NCBI GenBank assembly: GCA_963789955.1
Contig: CAWBMV010000022.1
Span: 128,001-192,000 of the forward strand
Direction of reading: 5' to 3'
DNA: 64,000 bases
Origin: an uncultured Candidatus Rokubacteria bacterium
GTDB taxonomy: Bacteria; Methylomirabilota; Methylomirabilia; Rokubacteriales; CSP1-6
Positions 21,131 to 30,748 of this stretch are shown here, piece by piece. Under the pieces are notes generated by a model. The model was not told where the DNA came from and ran no database searches. It saw only the letters and a list, made by a program, of their open reading frames with translations. Positions within the stretch are counted from its first letter, which is position 1; each line of letters opens with the position of its first letter. The translations under genes and the position numbers were made by a program.

Positions 21131-22627
21131 CTACGGCGTGCGCCAGGCCCCGCCGTCGCGGGCGATGAACGAGTCGGCCTCCGGCGGCCCCCAGGTCCCC
21201 GCTTCGTACAGGTAAGGCCCGGCCGCTCCGTCGTGCGCCCAGGCATCCAGTACGGGGCCCAGCAGAGACCAGGCCTGCTCGACCCAATCGGCTCGAGCGT
21301 AGAGCGTCGAATCCCCGTGCACTGCGTCGAGCAGGAGACGCTCGTACGCCTCCGGAGGCTCGGCGCCGAAGACCTCGCCGTAGCGAAAGTCGAGCCCGAC
21401 CGGCAGGAGCTTGAGGTCCGGGCCGGGCATCTTCGCGGCGACCGTCAGCGCGACTCCCTCGTCCGGCTGGATGCGGATCACGAGCTCATTGGGATCGACT
21501 CCGCCGGCCGGGTCGCGGTGGAAGATCATGTGCGGGGTGCGGTGGAAGCGGATCGCGATCTCGCTCACGCGCTTGGCCAGACGCTTGCCCGTGCGCAGAT
21601 AGAAGGGCACGCCCGCCCAGCGCCAGTTGTCGACCGTGAGCCGCAGGGCCGCGTACGTCTCGGTCCTCGAGTCCGGCGCGACCCCTTTCTCCTGCCGGTA
21701 GCCCGGTCCCTGCTTGCCGCCGACGAATCCGGGACCGTACTGGCCGCGGAGCGCGACCTCGTCGACCTTGCGCGGGTCGATCGGCCGGATGGCGCGCATG
21801 ACCTTGTTCTTCTCGTCGTGGACCGGGCCGGCGTCGAAGGTCACCGGCGGCTCGAGCGCGATGAGGCACAGCAGCTGGAGCAGGTGATTCTGCATCATGT
21901 CTCGCAGCGCGCCCGCTTCCTCGTAGTAGGCGCCGCGTGTCTCGACGCCGATCGTCTCGGCGACGGTGATCTGGACCTCGGCCACGTGGCTCCGATTCCA
22001 CAAGGGCTCGAAGATGCCGTTGGCGAAACGGAGCACGAGGAGGTTCTGGACGGTCTCCTTCCCGAGGTAGTGATCGATCCGGTAGATCTGCTCCTCGAGA
22101 AAGACCTGCCCGAGCCGGCTGTTGAGCGTGCGGGCGCTCTCGTAGTCGTGCCCGAACGGCTTCTCCACGATGATGCGGGTCCAGCCCCCCTGCGGGCGCG
22201 CCAGGCCGGAGGCGCCCAGGTTCTCGACGATGCTCTCGTAGAGGCTCGGGGGCGTCGCGAGATAGAAGAGACGATTCGCGGGCCCGGGGCGGTCCTTCTC
22301 GATGTCCCGCAGCGCGCGCTCGAGCGAGCCGTAGAGCGCGGGATTGGCCGGGTCGCCGGTGACGTAGGACAGCGACGCCGCGAAGCGATCCCAGACATTG
22401 GCCGACGGCGGCTTGACGCGCGCGAACTCGCGCACGGCGTCGCGCATGCGGTGGCGAAACTCGTCGTCGGTCACCTCGCTGCGCGCGCTGCCGATGATCG
22501 CGAACGGCTCGGGCAAGGTGCGCGCCGCGTAGAGGCTCCAGAGGGCGGGGACGAGCTTCCGTCGCGTCAGATCGCCCGAGGCGCCGAAGATGACGAGCGT
22601 GAAGGGCTCGTCGGACATCGCGGGCAT
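21131..22627 (-). CDS. zwf: Glucose-6-phosphate 1-dehydrogenase
   Basis: IFGASGDLTRRKL, EKPFG, RIDHYLGKE, RWAGVPFYLRTGK. Confidence 0.97.
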   Translation of the reverse strand: MPAMSDEPFTLVIFGASGDLTRRKLVPALWSLYAARTLPEPFAIIGSARSEVTDDEFRHRMRDAVREFARVKPPSANVWDRFAASLSYVTGDPANPALYGSLERALRDIEKDRPGPANRLFYLATPPSLYESIVENLGASGLARPQGGWTRIIVEKPFGHDYESARTLNSRLGQVFLEEQIYRIDHYLGKETVQNLLVLRFANGIFEPLWNRSHVAEVQITVAETIGVETRGAYYEEAGALRDMMQNHLLQLLCLIALEPPVTFDAGPVHDEKNKVMRAIRPIDPRKVDEVALRGQYGPGFVGGKQGPGYRQEKGVAPDSRTETYAALRLTVDNWRWAGVPFYLRTGKRLAKRVSEIAIRFHRTPHMIFHRDPAGGVDPNELVIRIQPDEGVALTVAAKMPGPDLKLLPVGLDFRYGEVFGAEPPEAYERLLLDAVHGDSTLYARADWVEQAWSLLGPVLDAWAHDGAAGPYLYEAGTWGPPEADSFIARDGGAWRTP

Positions 22628-22629
22628 CG

Positions 22630-23385
22630 CTAGCGAGCCCCGCCGATCGGATGGAGCGCCGCCGCCGCCCGGTCGGCCAGCCAGATGAGCTCGCCCTCGG
22701 TGGGACGGATCATTCCCGCCGGCACCAGAGCCTGGTCCGAGAGCACGGCCTTCACGATCTTCGCCTTCTCGGCGCCTGCGACCAGGAAGATCACGCGCGC
22801 GGCGGCGTTGAGCACCGGGAACGTGAGCGTGAGACGCTGCGGGATCTGCGCCGCCGAGACGTGGACGGCCGCGACGGTGCGGAACACCTCGCGCAGCACC
22901 GGAGAGCCGGGGAACAACGACGCCGTGTGCCCGTCGACGCCCAGGCCGAGGAGCACGAGATCGAAGCGCGGCAGCTCGCCGCGACGCGTGCCGAACGCCT
23001 CGCTGAGCACGGCGGCGTACGCCGCCGCGGCGTTGTCGGCGTCGGCGTCCTCGCCGCGCATCCGAAGAACCTGCGCGGGCGGAATGGGCACCCGCGACAG
23101 GAGCGTTTCATTCGCCATGCGGTAGTTCGACTCGGCGTGGTCCGGCGGCACGACGCGCTCGTCGCCGAAGAACGCCCACGTGCGGTCCCAGCGCACGCGC
23201 TCGCTGAACGCGGGCAGCGCCAGGCGCTCGTAGGTCTTGCGTGGCGTCTCGCCTCCGGCCAGGCACAGCATGAATCGGCCGCGCTCTCGGACGGCTTCGG
23301 TCGCGACGTCGATGATGAGGTTGGCGGCGGTCTCGGCGAGCGCCGCGGGATCCGCGCAGACGGTCAGGGTGGCGTCGGAAGCCAT
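22630..23385 (-). CDS. pgl: 6-phosphogluconolactonase
   Basis: LAGGETP, FGDERVVPPDHAESNY, GLGVDGHTASLFP, RLTLT. Confidence 0.95.
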   Translation of the reverse strand: MASDATLTVCADPAALAETAANLIIDVATEAVRERGRFMLCLAGGETPRKTYERLALPAFSERVRWDRTWAFFGDERVVPPDHAESNYRMANETLLSRVPIPPAQVLRMRGEDADADNAAAAYAAVLSEAFGTRRGELPRFDLVLLGLGVDGHTASLFPGSPVLREVFRTVAAVHVSAAQIPQRLTLTFPVLNAAARVIFLVAGAEKAKIVKAVLSDQALVPAGMIRPTEGELIWLADRAAAALHPIGGAR

Positions 23386-23392
23386 GATCAGA

Positions 23393-24836
23393 TCATACCC
23401 TCTCGTCCAGCCGGCGCTGGCGTTCGAGCGCTTCTCGGTACCGAATGTGATGTGCGGTATTGGGCACGAAGGTCTCCCCGGTGGCGTGGAAGGCCGATGA
23501 CAGATCGGGAAGAACCCTGAGTGCCTCCAGGGCGAGCAGGGCGGCGCCTCGACTGGTCGCTTCGGGCTCGACGGAATAGGTGATAGGGCGACCAATTGCA
23601 TCCGCGATGATCTGGGTCCAGGCGCGGGAGTGCCCAAGCGCCGCGCCCGAGGCCGACGATGGCATGTCCGGCCGAGGCGCAGGGCGCCAGCAGGTCGTAC
23701 ACGGCCGCGAGCCGAAGCGCCACCGACTCCAGCGCGGCGCGGACGATCTCGATGCCGCTCGTGTCGAGGCGAAGGCCGCTGATCGCTCCCCGGCGCCCGT
23801 CGCGCCACCCCGGCGCCCGCTCCCCGGCCAGGTGCGGGAGGATCGTGAGGCCGTGGCCATCCGGCGGCAACGCGGCCAGAGCCGCCTCGACCTCCTCGTC
23901 GCTCCCGAGCCGCAGCACGCGACGGCACCACGCATAGATGTTACCGCCTTCGGAGGTCGCGCCTCCCAGGATCGCGTGTTTGCGATCGACCCGGTAGCGC
24001 CAGAGCCCACGCGGTGGGGGCGGTTGATCGCGGGTCACGACCCGGAGCGCCGCGGACGTGCCCACGTTCAGGGCAATCCGCGTCGGATCGACGCAATCGG
24101 ACCCGACGTTGCTGGCGGCCCCGTCGCCGACGGCCGGGAACCAGCTCGCGGTTCGCAGCGCGGGCCAGCGACTCGCCCACGGGGCGCGCAGGCCGTGTCG
24201 AGGCTCGGTGCGATCGCACAGGGGAAAGAGACGCTGCTCGTCCACCTCGGCGGCCGCCATGGCTTCGACGTCCCACCGCGCGGTCTCCTGGTCGATGAGG
24301 CCGGTCCCTGACGCCATCGACACGCTCGTGGTCGCCTCGCCGAACAGGCTGATCTCGAGGAATTCCCCGAACGAGCCCCACCGCGCCACGCGACTGGCCT
24401 CGGTCGGTCGCTCACGGACGAGCCACCGCAGCTTGGCGGGCCAGTACGAGGAGTGCAGATGGCATCCCGTACGCGCGTGCACCGCGTCGTCGTCGAGCGC
24501 CGCGCGAAGCACCTGGGCTTCGGCGAAGCTTCGAGTATCCGCCCACATATATACGGGAGTGATCGGGCGCCCGCCCGCGTCGAAGCCGAGAAGCCCATGC
24601 CAGAATGTCGCCACACCGACCCCTCGGGTCTCCTCGGGAGGCCGATTGGGATGGATCGCGTCCAGGCATGCGACGACCGCCTCCAGCAGTCGGTGCGGGT
24701 CGTGCTCCACGCCGCCGTCCGAGGTGAGCCTCGGAGTGTACTTGACCTGGTGGGAGCGCCCTTCGATCGGCCGACCTTCGCCGTCGTAAAACGCGGCCCG
24801 GGCGGACGAGGTCCCGACGTCGAGCGCGATGACCAC
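23393..24836 (-). CDS. gntK: FGGY-family gluconokinase; frame break near 23650
   Basis: IALDVGTSS, WADTR, ASGTGL, GDGAASNVG, GTSAALR, GERAPGW, EATSRGAA; adjacent to pgl-zwf. Confidence 0.85.
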
Positions 24837-24927
24837 TGAGTTAAGATAGCCCCATGCCGGAGGCGGGGGAAATTCTCACCTCGAGGGGTCTGCTCGCCCG
24901 GTCTATCGGGATCACACGGAGAACGTC

Positions 24928-26596
24928 ATGAGCCAAATCAAAGTTCTGAGCCCAGTCGGTGTGGCTGCCGGCGACACGCTGAGCGTGCCGCCGCTGCCCG
25001 GATCGCTCGCCGGCCGCACGATCGGCTTCATCGACAACCGGAAGGCGAACTTCGATCTCCTCGCCGACGAGATCGGCGCGATCCTCTCCGCCGAGCATGG
25101 GGTCAAGACCGTCATCCGGCGGCGCAAGGCGAACGCCGCGACACCGGCCGCTCCGGAGATTCTCGCGGGCCTGGCGAAAGACTGCGACGTCGTCTTCGCC
25201 GGCTCGGCCGACTGAGGGTCCTGCACGTCGTGGAGTCTCCACGACGCCATCGAGCTGGCAAAGGCGGGAACCCCGAGTGCGGTCATCGGCACGACGGTCT
25301 TCCAGGGGCTCGCCCAGAGCGAGATGCGGGCGCTCGGCGTCTCGGGTCTTTCCATGGTCGCGATCGAGCATCCACTCGGCGGCGAGCGTAGCGAGGGCGT
25401 CGCCCGAAGAGCCCGCCAGGCCGTCGACCAGATCAAAGGCCTCCTCGGTAAAGCGGGCATCGGCGAAGCGAGCTTCGGCGCGCGCGAGATCGCGCGTGCG
25501 GAGCCGGCAAGCACCTCTCTCAGGCCACCCGCGGTCCAAGCCGGCCTCACGGACCCCGCTACAAACAAGCCCGCTACAACAGACGCCGTTACGGTAACCG
25601 ATACGCCGGAGGCCGTCCTCGCGGCCTTCTGCGAGCGTCAATGGTGTGATGGGCTGCCGATCATTCCACCCACCGAGGAGCGCGTGCAGGCCATGCTGGG
25701 AGGCGCGCCCGGCGCGCGCTCGCTCGGCGTGATGCCGCCGCTCTGGCGGCTCGCGACGCTCGAGAAGCTCGCGGTGAACGCCGTGATGGCCGGCTGCGAG
25801 CCCGCGGCGTTCCCGCTCATCGTCGCCGCGGTCGAGGCGATGCTCGACCCATCGTTCAACCTCTACGGCGTGCAGGCAACGACGCACTCGGTCGCGCCGC
25901 TCCTGATCGTCCACGGACCGATCGCCGCCGAGCTCGGCGTGCACTCCGGTAGTGGATGTTTCGGTCCCGGCTTCCGCGGCAACGCGACGATCGGTCGCGC
26001 GATCCGGCTCATCTTGCTGAACGTCGGCGGCGCCTGGCCGGGTCGTCACGATATGGCGACCCAGGGGAGCCCGGCGAAATTCTCCTATTGCATCGCCGAG
26101 CGCGCGGACGCGTCGCCCTGGGGCGCACTCCACGAGGACAACGTCGTCACCGTCTTCGGCGGCGAGCCGCCGCACAACGTGAACGACCACGTCTCGACGA
26201 CCGCCGCCGGCATTCTCGCGACGGTGGCCGACACCGCGGTCTCGCTCGGGTCGAACGTCGGCTGGTACTTTTCGCAGAGCCAGCTGCTCATCGTGCTGGG
26301 GCCGGAGCACGCCAAGACGGTCGCCGGCGACGGATTGAGCCGGGCCGACGTCCAGCGCTTCGTCTTCGAGAACGCGCGCCTGCCGCTGCGCACGTTGAAG
26401 CTCGGCGGCATGTGGGGCATCCAGGACTGGCCACCGCTGGATGAACGCCGTCACCGACGACAACGCACTCTTGCCGCAGGTGCCGTCGCCCGAGGACGTG
26501 ATGGTGATCGTCGCGGGCGGCCCGGGCAAGCACTCGGCGGTCGTCCCGAACTGCACCTTCAGTCGGGCCGTTTCGCGCCCGATCCGGCCGCTCTAG
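24928..26596 (+). CDS. UGSC-motif selenoprotein fused to a DGLP..PPT partner domain; Sec TGA at 25213-25215; frame break near 26435
   Basis: FAGSAD-TGA-GSCTSWSLHD continues in frame into ORF 25324 (DGLPIIPPTEERV, GPGFRGNATIGRA) and ends VAGGPGKHS...RPL; SECIS-like hairpin follows the TGA. Confidence 0.85.
25226..25246 (+). promoter_or_regulatory. Candidate bacterial SECIS element
   Basis: cgtcgtgga-gtc-tccacgacg, a perfect 9-bp stem with a G-containing loop starting at the 11th nt after the TGA. Confidence 0.75.
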
Positions 26597-26662
26597 CGGA
26601 CGCTGACGGCAGTCGTGCCTCAGGCCGTCGCGGGGCGCTGGCCGCCGCCGGCCGAGGCGCGC

Positions 26663-27574
26663 CTACGAACCAGATCGCCCGCGGTCGGCCAGCAGGAGCC
26701 CGAGCGCGGTCACCAGGAGCAACGCGCCCACGACCCCTGCAGCGCCAAGCCGCTCGCCGAAGAGCGCCACTCCCAGGATCGTGGCCGTCAACGGCTCGAG
26801 CAGGGTCGTGACACCGGCGACCGAGGCCGGCACGCTCCGCAGACCGAGCGTGTAGATCGCGTAGGCGGCCGCCGTCGCCACGCCCCCCAGATACAAGAGC
26901 CAGGGCCAGCCGAGCGCGAGCTGGGTCAACGGGGCCGCAGTCCACACGAGGGCCGGCGTCAACAGAAGCGCGCCGATCGTGAACGTGAGCGCCGTCGCGG
27001 GAAGCGGTGCCGAGCGTCGGAGCGTCGCCTTCGCCGCGAGCACGTAGAGCGCATAGGCGAGCCCCGCGACGAACGCGAGCAGGACGCCGGCGAGAAATCG
27101 CGGCGACAGGTCGAGCGTCCCGGCCGGCGTGGACACGAGCAGGGCAGTGCCGAGCACGCCGAGCAGGAGCGCGCCGCCCACGCGCGGCGCAAGCCGCTCG
27201 CCGAGCAGCCAGGGCGCGAGCGCCGCGATCATGAGCGGCGCCGAGCAAATCGCGACGAGCGCCACGACGGCGATACCGGCGAGCGTGACGGCCGTGAAAT
27301 ACGCGGCCTGGTAGGCGGCCATGCAGGCGCCCATCGCGAGACAGCGCCAGCGGTCACCCGTCGCGACGACGACACCGCGGGCGGTCACCGCGGTTGCGAC
27401 GAGCAGGAAGATCGCGGCGATCCACAGGCGCGCGACGCCGACCAGCAGAGGGCTCGCCGCGGCGCGCTCGGCGAGCACGGTCATCACCGAGCCGCTCGTG
27501 CCCCAGGAGATCGCGGCGAGCGCGATGAGGACCAGACCGATGACGGTCCGGGGGGCTTGACGCGCTCGATGCAC
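26663..27574 (-). CDS. EamA/DMT family transporter
   Basis: About 10 hydrophobic segments; ISWGTSG, LLGERL, LLEPLTA; TATGAT 6 nt before the GTG. Confidence 0.9.
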   Translation of the reverse strand: MHRARQAPRTVIGLVLIALAAISWGTSGSVMTVLAERAAASPLLVGVARLWIAAIFLLVATAVTARGVVVATGDRWRCLAMGACMAAYQAAYFTAVTLAGIAVVALVAICSAPLMIAALAPWLLGERLAPRVGGALLLGVLGTALLVSTPAGTLDLSPRFLAGVLLAFVAGLAYALYVLAAKATLRRSAPLPATALTFTIGALLLTPALVWTAAPLTQLALGWPWLLYLGGVATAAAYAIYTLGLRSVPASVAGVTTLLEPLTATILGVALFGERLGAAGVVGALLLVTALGLLLADRGRSGS

Positions 27575-27691
27575 CCCGCGATCATAGCTCGGGCGCGGCA
27601 TCGTTCGCGGCCTCTCGAAACCATCTGTTGAAAGGCGCGCCGCAGCCGGCGCGCACCACCCGGCGCACCGGAGCCACGAAGGAGTCTCTCC

Positions 27692-28594
27692 ATGAAGATC
27701 GGATTCATCGGAGTCGGCGCGATGGGCCAGCCGATGCTGGCGAACCTCGTGAAGCACGGCCATCAGGTCGTCGCGTACGACGTGATCGAGGCCGCGCTGG
27801 CCGGCGCGGTCAAGGCCGGCGCCACGCGCGCCGCGTCGTCCGCCGCGGCCGCGAGGGACAGCGAGCTGGTGATCACGATCCTCCCGTCGTCCTCGCACGT
27901 CGAGGCGGCCTATCTCGGCCAGGGGGGCGTGCTCGAAGGCGTGGGCGCCGGACGTCTGTGCATCGACATGTCCACGATCGATCCGAGCGTGTCGCGGCGA
28001 GTCGCCGACGCCGTGAGCAAGCGCGGTGCCCGCTTCATCGACGCGCCGGTGTCCGGTGGCGTGCCGCGCGCGACCGACGGGACGCTCGCCATCATGGTCG
28101 GCGGCGACGCGCGAGACTTCGAGGAGGCCCGGCCGGTGCTGGCGGCGATGGGCGCCAACGTCATCCACGTCGGGCCCGTGGGCGCGGGGGAGGTGGCCAA
28201 GCTCTGCAACAATCTGGTCGCGGGCGTCGCCGCGGTCGCGGTCAGTGAGGCGTTCCGGATCGCCGAAGGCTTCGGCGTCGACCCCAAGGTGTTGACCGAC
28301 GTCATCTCCAAGTCGTCGGGAAACACCTGGGTGATGGAGCACATGCATCCCGTGCCCGGGCTCGTGGGCAAGGCGCCCTCGAGCCGCGACTACGCGCCCG
28401 GCTTCACCACCGACCTGATGGCGAAGGATCTCGGGCTCGTCGTCAACGCCGCCCGCGAGCTGCGGGTGCCGGTGCTCGTGGCGCCGGCGGCGCAGCAGGC
28501 GCTCCGGCTCGCGTCGTCCCACGGCTTCGGGCGGAAGGACTTCTCGTCGATCTATATGTTCCTCAGAGCATCAAGCCGCGAATCACCGGTCTGA
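27692..28594 (+). CDS. mmsB: 3-hydroxyisobutyrate dehydrogenase
   Basis: KIGFIGVGAMG, DAPVSGG, KLCNN, PVPG...YAPGF...LMAKDLGL, KDFSS. Confidence 0.85.
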   Translation: MKIGFIGVGAMGQPMLANLVKHGHQVVAYDVIEAALAGAVKAGATRAASSAAAARDSELVITILPSSSHVEAAYLGQGGVLEGVGAGRLCIDMSTIDPSVSRRVADAVSKRGARFIDAPVSGGVPRATDGTLAIMVGGDARDFEEARPVLAAMGANVIHVGPVGAGEVAKLCNNLVAGVAAVAVSEAFRIAEGFGVDPKVLTDVISKSSGNTWVMEHMHPVPGLVGKAPSSRDYAPGFTTDLMAKDLGLVVNAARELRVPVLVAPAAQQALRLASSHGFGRKDFSSIYMFLRASSRESPV

Positions 28595-28632
28595 TATGCT
28601 GACCCGGGCGTGAGCGGCGGAGGAGGGCCATC

Positions 28633-28956
28633 GTGGCGATGTACGTGATGCTGAGCACGCTGTCCGAGTCGGGACGCAAGGTCCTCCGCGGGCGGCCCGG
28701 CTGGATTCGCAAGGTCAACGCCGACGTGCAGCGCATGGGCGCGCGCGTCGTCGCCCAGTACGCGGTGCTGGGCCCGTACGATTTCGTCACCATCATCGAG
28801 GCGCCGGACAACGCGACGATCTCGCGCGTGTCCGTCGAGCTCGGCGCTCGCGGGGGCGTCGCCGGCATGACGATGGCGGCGATCCCCCTCGACGAATTCA
28901 TCGGACGGCTGGAGCGCGGCACGGCCCGCCGACGCGGCGAAAGGAAGAGGCGTTGA
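28633..28956 (+). CDS. GYD domain protein
   Basis: QYAVLGPYDFVTIIEAPD; SD GGAGG. Confidence 0.8.
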   Translation: MAMYVMLSTLSESGRKVLRGRPGWIRKVNADVQRMGARVVAQYAVLGPYDFVTIIEAPDNATISRVSVELGARGGVAGMTMAAIPLDEFIGRLERGTARRRGERKRR

Positions 28957-29423
28957 AGGTTCTCAAGATCCATCCGGAGAAGTGCACGGGCTGTCTGCGC
29001 TGTGAGCTCGCCTGCTCGTACATGCAGACCGGCGACTACCAGCCCGCCAAGTCCGTGATTCGCGTCTCGCCCTTCGAGGGCCACACCTCCTATGCGCCCT
29101 ACACCTGCACCCAGTGCGCGGAGGGCTGGTGCATGACGGCGTGTCCGGTGGGCGCGATCACGATCAGCGCCGTCGGCGCCAAGGACGTCGTCGACGATCG
29201 ATGCGTGGGCTGCAAGCTCTGCACGATCGCCTGCCCGTACGGCACGATGTTCTACGACACGTCGACGCGCAAGGCCTTCAAGTGCAACCTCTGCGGCGGC
29301 GCTCCGGCCTGCGCCGAGGCGTGCCCGACGGCGGCCATCACCTACGAGGACGTCGAGACCGCCGACTGGCTCGGCGATTTCGCCCGCGAGCGGACCGCGC
29401 GGGTGCTCGTGGAGGCTCGCTGA
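28953..29423 (+). CDS. Multi-[4Fe-4S] ferredoxin subunit (AorA-like)
   Basis: Four Cys clusters: CTGCLRCELAC, CTQC..CMTACP, CVGCKLCTIACP, KCNLC..CAEACP; TTG start overlapping the upstream stop. Confidence 0.92.
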   Translation: MKVLKIHPEKCTGCLRCELACSYMQTGDYQPAKSVIRVSPFEGHTSYAPYTCTQCAEGWCMTACPVGAITISAVGAKDVVDDRCVGCKLCTIACPYGTMFYDTSTRKAFKCNLCGGAPACAEACPTAAITYEDVETADWLGDFARERTARVLVEAR

Positions 29424-30748
29424 TGGCGCGCCGGCACCTGATCATCGGCGGCGGCACCGCCGGCATGAACGCGATGCGGACGATTCGCGAGGAAGAGGTC
29501 GAGCGCTCGACGATCACCCTGGTGAGCGCGGAGAAACCCTATTCGCGGATGGTCCTGCCGTACTATCTCGATCGCTCGATCGCCGAGTCGCACGTGTTCA
29601 CCGCGACCGCGAGGGTGCTGGCCGATTGGGGCGTCAAGACGCACCTGGGCAAGCGCGCGACCGCGCTCGACACGAAGGCGAACGTGTGCACGCTCGACGA
29701 CGGCACGACGGTCGAGTACGACGACTGCCTGATCGCGACGGGCTCCTCTGCGGTCCGGGCCCCGGTTCCCGGCGCGGACGGGCCGGGGGTTCACTCGTTC
29801 TGGACCCTCGATCAGGCCGCGGCGTGCTCGCGCAGATCCGGCCGGGCAGCCACGTGGTCATGGTCGGCGCCGGCTTCATCTCGTTCACGATCCTGAACTC
29901 GATCCTCTCGCTCGGCGCCAAGCTGACGATCGTGGAGGTCGCGCCGCGCATCCTGCCGCGCATGATCGACGACACGGGCGCGGCGCTGGTCCAGACGTGG
30001 CTCGAGAAGCACGGCGTGGCGGTCCGCACGGGCGCGAAGCTCACCGCCATCGACGAGGCGAAGGGCCGGCGGCGGCTCAAGATGGCCGCGGGCGGCGATC
30101 TCGTCGCCGACGTCGTGATCATGGCGACCGGCATCCGGACGAACCTCGACTGGCTCAACGGCTCCGAGGTGACGATCAATCAGGGCGTCGTCGTCGACGA
30201 TCATCTGCGCTCGAGCGTCCCGAACGTCTACGCCGCCGGCGACGTCGCCGAGGGGCGCGACCTGATCTCGCAGACCAACGCGGTGCACGCCATCGAGCCG
30301 ACGGCCCAGGAGCACGGGCGCGTGGTCGGCGCCAACATGGCCGGCAAGGACGTGCGCTATCGCGGGCAGCCTCATCATGAACATCGTCGAGGTCTGCCAC
30401 CTCGACGTCGCGTCGTTCGGCGCCTGGGACGACGCGAAGGCCGAGACGATGAGCGGCGTCAAGGCCGATCGGCCGGCGTATCGCAAGCTCCTCTGGCGGG
30501 GCGATCGGCTGACCGGCGCGATCATCCTCGGCCCCTCGACCGACATCTGGACCACCAACGACGTCGGGATGCTCAAGGGGCTCGTGCAGTCGGGCGTCTC
30601 GCTTGGAGCCTGGAAGGCGCACCTGAAGAAGAACCCGTTCGACATCAAGCCCGCGTTCATCGCCACGAAGACGACGAGCACCTTGCTTCCCGAAACCGTC
30701 CTGGGACGCCCGTCGAAAGCGCCCGGGGAAAGTCCGGTGGCCGTATGA
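29423..30748 (+). CDS. FAD/NAD-dependent oxidoreductase (AorC-like); frame breaks near 29815 and 30368
   Basis: IIGGGTAG, LIATGS, VGAGFI, NVYAAGDVAE. Confidence 0.88.
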
